Origin: Bifidobacteriaceae bacterium
GTDB lineage: Bacteria > Actinomycetota > Actinomycetes > Actinomycetales > WQXJ01
Direction of reading: 5' to 3'
Length of the DNA stretch: 36,339 nucleotides
Assembly (NCBI GenBank): GCA_031266115.1
Contig: JAISBQ010000253.1
Location: 1-36,339, forward strand
Shown: one piece after another, positions 26,196 to 35,800 of the stretch
How positions within the stretch are numbered: position 1 is the first letter of the stretch
Layout: each line of letters starts with the position of its first letter
The notes under the pieces: generated by a model
What the model was told of the DNA's origin: nothing
Database searches by the model: none
Seen by the model: only the letters and a program-made list of their open reading frames with translations
Position numbers and translations under genes: made by a program

Positions 26196-26585
26196 TCACC
26201 ACAGGCGCCGCAGCGTGGGCAGGGTGGCGAAGGCACGATCAGCACTCACTAGGGTCGCGTCCTCGATGATGGTCTGACTTGCGAGCATCCGATCAAACGG
26301 ATCGCGGTGCTCCCACGCCAACTGCCCGGCCCGGATGGCATGGCGCCCACGCACAGGCAACAGCACGGATCCGAGCGTTGCCAGGGCTGCGTCGAGATCA
26401 TCAAGCAGCGCAGCCGCCTCAGGCAATCGCCCCTGATGATGCTTGATGCTCATCTCCCACACGCTCGCCGCTGAGACCAGCAATTCGTTGGTCCGGTCAG
26501 CCAATGCCTCGTGGGCCCGCTCGGACAACCGGCCAGGATTCCACGCCATCCACACCAGCACATGTGTGTCCGCAAGCAGTCTCAC
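26196..26585 (-). CDS. vapC: Type II TA toxin, VapC/PIN domain
   Basis: MRLLADTHVLVW, VSAASVWEMSIK, HRDPFDRMLASQ, LVSADRAF. The GTG overlaps the antitoxin TGA (GTGA). Confidence 0.93.
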   Translation of the reverse strand: MRLLADTHVLVWMAWNPGRLSERAHEALADRTNELLVSAASVWEMSIKHHQGRLPEAAALLDDLDAALATLGSVLLPVRGRHAIRAGQLAWEHRDPFDRMLASQTIIEDATLVSADRAFATLPTLRRLW

Positions 26586-26815
26586 GTCCCCTCCCACTCC
26601 CGTGCCTCGTCTTCGGTCATCGGGGCGAAGACCTCCAGTGGGATGTCGGCATGACCCAAGAAGCCCAACGCGCGGCGCGCCGGCGCCTCAATCGGTGTCA
26701 AACGGGCCACCGGCTTCCCGGCGCGCGCGACGACAACCTCGGCCCCGTTCTCGACCTCGGCAAGCAACCGCGACAGCGTGGTTTTCGCCTCTTGGACATT
26801 CACCTGAATCGTCAT
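26582..26815 (-). CDS. vapB: Type II TA antitoxin, Phd/YefM family
   Basis: QVNVQEAKTTLSRLLAEVENGAEVVVARAGKPVARLTP. Confidence 0.93.
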   Translation of the reverse strand: MTIQVNVQEAKTTLSRLLAEVENGAEVVVARAGKPVARLTPIEAPARRALGFLGHADIPLEVFAPMTEDEAREWEGT

Positions 26816-26821
26816 CCGGTC

Positions 26822-26849
26822 AGTCTACTCGACCAGACCAACCAGACCA
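26822..26849 (-). promoter_or_regulatory. Leaderless promoter (-10 TAGACT) with an upstream 9-bp direct repeat
   Basis: Minus strand reads TGGTCTGGT-TGGTCTGGT-CGAG-TAGACT-GACCGG-ATG. Confidence 0.65.
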
Positions 26850-26887
26850 CTCCCCTCGACCCGCGGCCCACAGGCCGTGCGGCCCGG

Positions 26888-29800
26888 CTACCTGACCGTG
26901 ACCCGCGTGGTGGTGGCTCTTGTGCCCGCGGCCTTGACGGTGACGGTGGCCTTACCCTTCGTCAGGGCGACGATCCGGCCTGTCTTGTCGACCCGCAGGA
27001 CTGAGGGATTGCTGGACTTGAAGGTGGGGGTGACGCCAGTGGCGGTTGTCGGCGTCAACCGCACAGCGATGCGGGCGGTCTCGCCTACCGTGAGCTTGCT
27101 CTTGCCTGCCGGGACGGCCGCGTGCAGCGCGATCAGCTTCTTGGCTCGCGGGACCACGGTGACCTTGATCGCCGCGGTCTTGCCGTTGCCGGACCGGACG
27201 GTGATCACGGCCTTGGCGGGACGCGTCACCTTCGCGGCCTTGACAATGCCACTCGCGGACACGGTGGCAACCTTCGGCCTGGAGGACACGAACGTCAGCT
27301 TGGCGTCGGTCGGACTGGCCAAGGCACCTCGACCGACTGCCACCACGGCCGGACGCAGAGTCTTGCCGGATTGGATGTAGACCCTGCTCCCGCTGGTGCG
27401 CAGCGCGCCCACCGCGCGCACAGCCTGGATGGCGACGCGCGCCCGGACGCCGGACCCGTCGGTAGCGATCGCCCGGACCACGACCCGGCCTTCGGCTCCA
27501 GTAAACGTCACGAACCCAGAAGCATCGACGCTGGCCGGTCCGGCGAGGATCGTCCAACTGACGCCGGTCACCGTCGCATTCGCGGGACTGACCTGTGCCG
27601 TCAGGCTCAAGCCGGCGCCGCCGCCGCGGGGAACCTCCCAGACGGTGGGCGCCCCGAGGATGGAGATGGCTGCAACAAGCTGGGAGGGCTGATCCTCCGG
27701 CACCAGGGCGTCCCCGGCGCCTTGCCGGTCCTCGTCGATTCTCCCGGGCAGGTCCGGTTCTGGGCGATTCTGGCGTCCCGGATCCTCATCGCCCGGCCGG
27801 TCCGTATCCTCGTCGCCCGGCCGGTCTGGGTCGTCACCGCCATCGGGTATGGCGATCCACTTGGCGTACACCGTCAACGGTGCGCTCACTCGCGTCTGAG
27901 CGAAGTCGAACAGCGTGGTCAAAGCGCTGTCCGCGAACCAGCCGGCGAACACGAACCCAGCATGGGTGGGATCGGCCGGCCGAGTGACCAAGGCGTTGAG
28001 GCTCGTGGCGACCTGGGTACTGTCACCGTTAGCGCCCAGGTCAAACGTCACCTGGACCGGATCGGCGCCATGCCACAGGGCACACAGGTCTCCGTCTTCA
28101 GTGAACCTCGCGTCGGGGGCGAGTGCTGGCGCACCTTGACCACCCGGGCACAGCGCCCAGCCGTCAAAGATGACCCCGACTCCGACCAGGATCGGCAACT
28201 CCACACGCCCGTTGTAGGCCGCGGTCATCGCTGCGCCAGGTGGCATCCCCGTGACCACCTCGCGGCCACCCGCGTCCAGTCGGAGCTGGACCGGCCCTCG
28301 GTCTTCCCACTGGGCGTACAGCGTCAGGGTTGCCCCAGTCGTCTCGATTCGCGTTGATGCCAGGTCGACGATGGCGCCCCCCGCCACCGCCGGCGACCAG
28401 CCGGCGAACGCGTGGGCGGTCGCGACGGGCTCGGTCACCAGATCGGTGTCGAGATACCCCGATAGCGGCACGGTCTGGGCGGCTGGCAGGCCCTCGGCGT
28501 CGTCGACCTGTCCCGCCGCGAATGCCACCTCGACCACCGTGAGGGCCTCGTCCCACTGCGCGGCGAGGACAACCGGCTCGGTCAGCCGGGTGAGCCCCGG
28601 CACGACCGGCCCGTCCGGGCCGAGCCAACCGGCGAATCGGTGACCCACCACGGTCGGGTCGGGGATGTCGGCGGGAAGGACCGCGTTGTAGGGCAGGGCT
28701 TCGATCGCGTCCGGCCAGGGCGAGCCCGGCGCGAACTCAGCTGGCTCACCGCCCACCGTGCCCGCAGCGAAGGTCACGGTGACCGGGTCGGCCGCTTCCC
28801 AACCGGCGTAGACGGTGGTCGGACCGGTGATCGCTCTGGGCTCCATGTCGCCAGCGAAGGCGAAAGGGATCTCAGCCTCGGCCTCGCGGTACCACCCGGT
28901 GAAGCGCCAGCCTTGGGCCGCGGGAACGGCTTCAGGCATCGCGGCGGGCGTGTCATAGACCACGTGGATGTCGCCTGGCCCTGTCCCTGTCACGGCCGTG
29001 GCGCCATCGGGCACGTTGGTGTCGAACACCACGAGCTGGGCGGGCATGGCCGTCCACCGTCCATAGAGCGTCATGGTGTCCGGCCCATTCGCCCGCAGCG
29101 CGGCCCGATCCTCGATCGGACCGTCCGGTGTCAGGCTCCATCCGTCGAACCGGTATCCAGGTGCACGGGGTTCGGCCGCCGCAGCTGAGTCCAGCGTGTC
29201 GTTGAGCGGGACCGACGCCGGCTCGGGCAGACCACTCGCACCGTCGATCCCAGCGTCGAACTCGACCTGGACGACGGCTGGCGCCGGGTCCCACTGGGCG
29301 GTCGCCGTGGTGTCCTGCCGCAGCCGCGTCACGCCTGGCGTCACGGGCCGCGCGCCGTCGGTCCAGCCGGTGAACCGGTGTCCGATGGCGGCGGGAACCG
29401 CGGTCAGACTCGGCAGCACCGCGTCATAACGGAGCGATGCGACGGCAGCTGGCATTGTGCCCGGCACCACGCGTGCGGCCTCGGCGCCTACCTCACCTGG
29501 TGCGAAAGTGACCGCGATCGCTGGCCGGGTCTCCCACGCGGCAAAGGCCGAGACCGCCGTGGTGTGACGGATCGCCGCCGGCATGCCAAAGAAGGCAAAG
29601 GCGGCTCCACCAGCCGGGGCGGTGTACCAGCCGGTAAACGCATGACCCTCCCATCCGGGCTCTGTTCCCACCGGGGCCGGTACATAGCTGTTGTACGGGA
29701 TGTGGACGATGGCGGGCACGGTGCCGTCGATCGCCTCGCCACCATCGGGGATATTCGCGAGGAAGGAGACGGGGATGCCTGCCATCTTCCGCCATCCGGC

Positions 29801-32800
29801 CTGCAGCGTGATGGGCTCGATGACCGGCGTGGAGTCGAAACTATAGGTCGGGCCGTCCGAAGCCTGGGTGTACCAGCCGGTAAAACGCCATCCTTCGGCG
29901 GCCGGGTCGACCTCGGGCCGCTCGGCGGTGCGGCCCCGCGGCACGATCTGCGCGGCCGGGTCGGCGCCCTGGAACACCGCATCCGGCCCGGTCAGACCCT
30001 CCGGGTCGAGCCTCAGGTCGAACGCGACCTGGCTGGTGGGCGCGTCACCCCACGCGGCATGGAGCGTGATGTTCTCATCGGAGCGCACCGGAGCGAGGAA
30101 ATCGAAGGGGTCGGCGTCCGGTCCTGGCGCTGGCGAGGTGTACCACCCCAAGAACTCCTTGAAGCCCGAAGACTCCACCGGTGTTGTCTGTGGTGGTAGA
30201 ACAGTTGTACCATAGATCACATGCGAATAGTCATGCGGCATCGTGCCATGAATGGTCGTATATCCGTTGGCATCAAAGTTGATGGTCACGGCCGGCTTGA
30301 CCGTCCACTGGGCGTAGACGGTGGCGCTGGCCACGACCGGCGCCGCGAAATCGACGGGGATCGCCGCGTCGGGAGAAGAACTCCATCCGGCAAACAGAGC
30401 GCCGGTCGCCTCGGGCGGTGGTGGCGCGGTCGTGGTCTCGCCTTCCAAGATGGTCTCGGCCACGGGGAAGGTGTCGCCTTGAACGGCCACCCCGAGGGGC
30501 GCGTTCGGGAGATACGTGAAGGTGAAGCGCTGCAACTCCGCCCAGTTCGCATACAGGGTCAACTCGCCGGCGCCCACCCGTGCCACGTCGAACTGGAACG
30601 GCTCGGTCCCGGCCGTGTCGGTGGACCAATACGTGAACCGGTAGCCCGCCAGCGTCGGGAGCTGGGCCGGGAGGGGCACCAGATCATGGATTTTCGCGTC
30701 GACGATGTCGGCGGGCAGGTTCGCGGCCGGCGTCACCACTGGCTCGTTGCCGACGAACCTCACGCGAACAGGGTCCAGCGCCCGCCACCGTGCGTGCAGC
30801 GTCACGGTCCCGGCCCCGGTGACACGCCATGTCGCGAAGTCGACGGGCGGGACGTCATCGTCGGAGCGGGCGTACCAGCCCAGGAACTCGAACCCGGCCG
30901 CACCCGGCGAACCGGGATCCGCCAGCCGTGCCGCATAGGCGACACCGCTGATGGGTCTCAGTGCGTCCGTATAGGGGGACACCGCACCCACGTCGAACGC
31001 CACCGTGACCGGAGCCATGGCCGTCCACGCACCGAAGGCGAACGTGTCCGCCGTGACCCGGTCATTGTCGAAGTCGAACGGCGTGGTCAGCTCGCTGGTG
31101 GTGTACCAGCCGTCGAACCGATATCCGGGCACTACCGGATCGGCCGGACGCGGCACCAGGTCGTGGTAGCGGACCGTGGCCGGTTCGGGGACGGTGCCAG
31201 GTTCCAGCGTCGTTCCGGCCGGCTTCTTGGCGTTGAAGCCGACTTGGAGATCATCCATGGGCTCCCATTGGGCATACACCACCTGAGGATCGACCGTCAG
31301 GCGGCTCACCCCGGGGGTGACCAGCGCGCCGCCTTGCCGGGCCGTGAACCAGCCCAGCCACCGGTAGCCGGGAGCGACCGGCACAGCCAGACCGGTCGGC
31401 AGGAGCGACGCGTAAGGCGCGGTCAGGCCCGGTGGGATGGTCCCAGCCACGGCGTTGGTGTCGGTCGGGGTGTTGGCGTCGAACGCGACCGAGACCTCCG
31501 CCATCGGCGTCCAGGTCGCCACGAGGGTGACATCCTCGGTCAGCCGGGTGGCGGCGAAGTCGAAGGGTTCGCCGTCCACCTTCCACCCGGCGAAGGCGAA
31601 GCCCAAGGCGACCGGCACCTGGGTGGGTTCGGCGACGTGGGCGTTGAAGTCGATGGCCACTGAGGGCGGCGGCATTGTCCCGGTGACCGTTGGGGCGACG
31701 CCTGGCGCGAACGTGACCGTCACGGGCTCGTGAGCCTGCCAGGCTGCGTACAGGGTCTGGTCCGCGCTCACCCGGGTGACCCCGGGAAGGAAGCGCTCGC
31801 CCTCGCCGCCGGGGGCCGTGAACCAGCCAGCGAAGGCCTGACCGGGCACAATCGGTTGGCGCAGCGACACGGGCAGCACCTCGTTGTAGGCGAGAGCCGC
31901 GATCGCCTCGGGCATAGTGCCATCCACCGCTCCCCCGGCAATCCCTGCCGAGAACTGCACCGCGAGGGGGCCGCGGGCCTGCCACTGGGCGTACAGGGTG
32001 GTCGCCTCACGCAGTCGGGTGATGCCGGGCTCCACCGCGTCCCCACCCGCCGATGCCGTGAACCAGCCGGTGAAGACGTAACCGACCGCGAGGGGAACCG
32101 ACAGGTCGGTGGGCATGAGTTGGTCGTAGTCGACCGTCAGCGGGCCCGTGGGGCAGGTCCCGGGAACCACCTGTCTCGACCCCGTCGCCTGGCACTCGAA
32201 ACCGATCTCGAAGTTGGGCTTGGCGTCCCACCGTGCGTAGAGAGTGAGGACTGTCTCATCCGCATCGGTGGACACACGGGTGGTTCCCGGGATGTACTGC
32301 TCGCCGCCATCCGCGGCCGAGTACCAGCCGGTGAACTGGTATCCGACCAGCACCGGGACTGGTAGGTCCCCGGGCAGCAGCGCGTTCAGGGCGAGGGGCA
32401 TGTCGGTGGGCACGGTGCCGGCCACCGGCGTTCCCTCCGGAGTGTTGGCATCGAACCGGACACTGACCGGGGCCGCGCCAGTCCAGGTCGGGACCAGGGT
32501 GATGTCGGTCCACACCCTGGTGACGCCGGGGGTGAAGGCCACCTCGGCATCGGCCTGGCGCCACCCGGCGAACCGGTGGCCGATGGCGGCCGGAGAGGCG
32601 AAGTTCGCCGGCAACGGCGCGGAATAGGCGAGTGCCGGGATGGCGGGCGGCATGGACCCCGGAACCAGCGGGGATTCGTCATCGGGCGCCACGGGTGAGA
32701 ACGAGACCGCGACCGTCCGCGAGGCCGGCTCCCATTGGGCGTGGAGGGTCAGGTTCCCGGTCACGTGAGTGGTTCCTGGCGTGTACCGGTTGCCGCCGGT

Positions 32801-35800
32801 GGGCGCGTCAAACCAGCCGGAGAACCGGTATCCCCCCGAGCCGTCCGCGGCGATGGCGACGGGGTCGCTGACACCGATCGCCGGCAGGACGGCGTCGTAG
32901 GCCAGATCGACGATTCTGGCGGGCATCTCGAAGGCTTCGGCACCCGGCGGGACGTTGGCGTCGAACTCCACGGTGGAGGGAGCGACGGCCTCCCACCCGG
33001 CGTAGACGTGGATGTCCGCACCCGGGTCGGGGATCCTCACGGTTCCTAGGGCTATCTGGTCTTCGCATGCGGTCTGGGAGGAGCAGGTGGTGTACCAACC
33101 GGTGAAGGCGAAGCCCTCGCGGGCTATCTGGGTCTCCGCCGCCGCCGTCAGGTCGGAGACCCGAAGGTCCTGGTTGTTGGCCGGCACCGAGCGGAGGGTA
33201 GGGTCGTCGGCCGCGTTGGCGTGGTAGACCACCCGATAGCGTTCGGGATCGGCCTGCCATTGGGCGTGGAGGGTCGTGGCAGCGGTCAGGCGGAAGGCGT
33301 CTGGACCTGAGAAGGACACGAGCTCGCCGAGGCCCGCCGAGTCGAAGTACCAGCCGATGAACCCGTAGCCGGGCCGGACAATCTGGCTGTCCGGGGGAAC
33401 CAGGGCCGCTGCGTAGGCCAGGCCCTGGTTGTTGGCCGGGACGCCCGCGGCACGGGCCTCGTCATCGTCGTTTGGGTCCCAGGTGACCGAGTACGTGGCC
33501 ACGATCCGCTCCCACTGGGCGTACAGGGTCACGACCACTATGTCGGCGTCGGTAGATACGCGTGTGGTTCCCGGGATGTACTCAGTGCCGCCTTCGGGGG
33601 CGGAATACCATCCGGTGAACCGATAGCCCACGAGGATCGGGGACTGGATTCCTGCCGGCAGTAGAGCGTTCAGTACCTGGGTGGTGGGGGTGTCGGGCAT
33701 GGTGCCGGGAACCACCTGAGTTCCCAGTCCCGACGGCTCGTTCGCGTCGAACTGGACTTGGACAAGGGCCGCCTCGGTCCACACGGGCTTCAGGACGATG
33801 TCGGCGTTGATGCGGGTCACACCAGGGATCACAGCGGTGTCCGGGTCCGCGGCGTCACACCAGCCCGCGAACCGGTGACCCTCCGCGACCGGGCTCGCCA
33901 GGTCCGCGGGGAGGACCGCGGAATACGCCAACGCCGGGATCGGTTCCGGCATGGTGTCTGGCACCAGCGGAGAGCTTGGACCTGGGGTCGGGTCTTCGAC
34001 AAAGGTCACCGCGACCGTCAGGGATTCCGCGCTCCACCGGGCATGCAGGGTGGTGTTCTGGGTGACGCGGGTAGTCCCGGGCGCATATTCCACGCCGGCG
34101 GTCGGGTCGGTGTACCAGCCGCCGAACTCATATCCGCCGCTCGCATCGGTAGCCAACGCGACGGGGGTGAGGGTCTCGGGCATGGTCGCGTCGTAGGCGA
34201 GACCGGCGATGGTTTGCGGCATGCCGGTCACCTCGGAATTGGCCGGGGTGTTCGGGGCGAACTCGATCTGGACCGGGTTCTCGACCACCCATTTCGCATA
34301 CACGTCGATGTCCGCGCCTGGATCGGGAATCCTCACGGTTCCTAGAGCCACCGGATCCGCACATTCGGTCTGCGACGTACAGGTTGCGTACCAGCCGTCA
34401 AACCGATATCCCTCGCGTGCGATCAAGGAGTCTGGTGCAGCGGTCAGCTCCGACACTTTCACGTCCTGGTTGTTGATCGGGGTATCCCTGACAGTGGAAT
34501 CCTCCCCAGCGTTCGCGTGATAGACCACCTCGTAAGAGCGCGCGTTCTCGGTCCACTTCGCATGCAAGGTCACGTTCTGGCCGGGAGAGGGAACCCGGTC
34601 TGTCGGGTCGAATTCTCCGGCGCACACGGTCTGTGACTCACACTCATACCACCAGCCGCGAAATTCGTATCCCACTCGCCCAATCGTTGACGATGCCGCG
34701 CCAATAGTGTCGGAGACACGCAAATCCTTGGTGATGGGGACGCCGAACACGTTCTCATCGTCCCCCGCGTTCGGATCAAACGTGACCGTGTAATTCGACC
34801 CGTCGAGTATCCAGCGCGCATGCACGGTGACATCCTGGCCAGGATCGGGAACCCGGTCGGTCGCATGGAACTCGCCTGTGCACTGGGACTCCGATCCGCA
34901 TGAATACCACCAGCCATCAAACACGAAGCCGGGACGCACCGGGGTCGAGTCTGGCTCCCCTATCGGCTCGGAGACCGCCAACGTCTTGCTTTCCGGCACT
35001 CCCACCACGTCCGGATCGCCCCCAGCATTGGGGTCAAAGGTCACGGTGTAAGGCGTCGAATCCTGAGTCCATGCCGCATGGAGAGTCGTGTTCCCTGATA
35101 TCCGGGTCTGGTCGGAGCCCGCGAACACCACACGGGTCCCAGTCCCGCCCTCGCCGGTCCACCAGCCGGTGAACTGGTAGCCCTGGCGGAGGATCTGGGT
35201 GTCCGGGGATGCTAGCGGGGCCGCATAGTACAGGTCCTGGTTGTTGGTCGGGATATTCACGGCCCGGGATGCGCTGTCGTCGTTGGGGTTCCAGGTGATC
35301 GAATAGGTGGTCGTGTCCACGGTCCAGTGCGCATAGACCGGGGAGGCGATAATGCGGGTTCCGGAAGGTCCGAACGTGACCTGGTTTCCACCATCAGTGG
35401 CCGTGTACCAGCCGGTGAACCGGTAGCCGGTCCCGGTGTAGGCGTCCACGAGCGGGTCTGGGGTGGGTGGGGTGAGGACCTGGGCGTTGTAGGGCAGATC
35501 ATCGATCTGGTCCGGGACCGTACCGTTGACCACCGTCCCATCACCGGCGGGTGGGTTCGGATCGAAAACCAGATCGATGGCAGGCATGGGGGTCCAGGTG
35601 GCGACCAGAGCGATAGTCCTGGCGTCCGTGGTCGTGAACTTGTCCATGGTCAACCGGTCCACCAGCGGATCGAACCGTGCACCATTGATGGTCTGATCCT
35701 GGGAGTTGATAGTCCATCCGTCAAACCGGTAGCCCTCCACGATCGGGCTGGTCGGGGTGATCCGGGTGTTATAGATCTGGTTGGTCAACGTCCCGGGCAC

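Noticed and set aside
25850-26200. TPP or another known riboswitch
   Set aside because: GCTGAG is present, but the downstream TPP core (ACCTGA..GGxAATxCCxGCGxAGGGA) is not in the right order; kept only as an unassigned structured leader.
27122-31663. Long plus-strand ORFs (411 aa, 480 aa and others) opposite the giant gene; likewise 13179..14399
   Set aside because: Typical stop-poor antisense frames of high-GC coding DNA.
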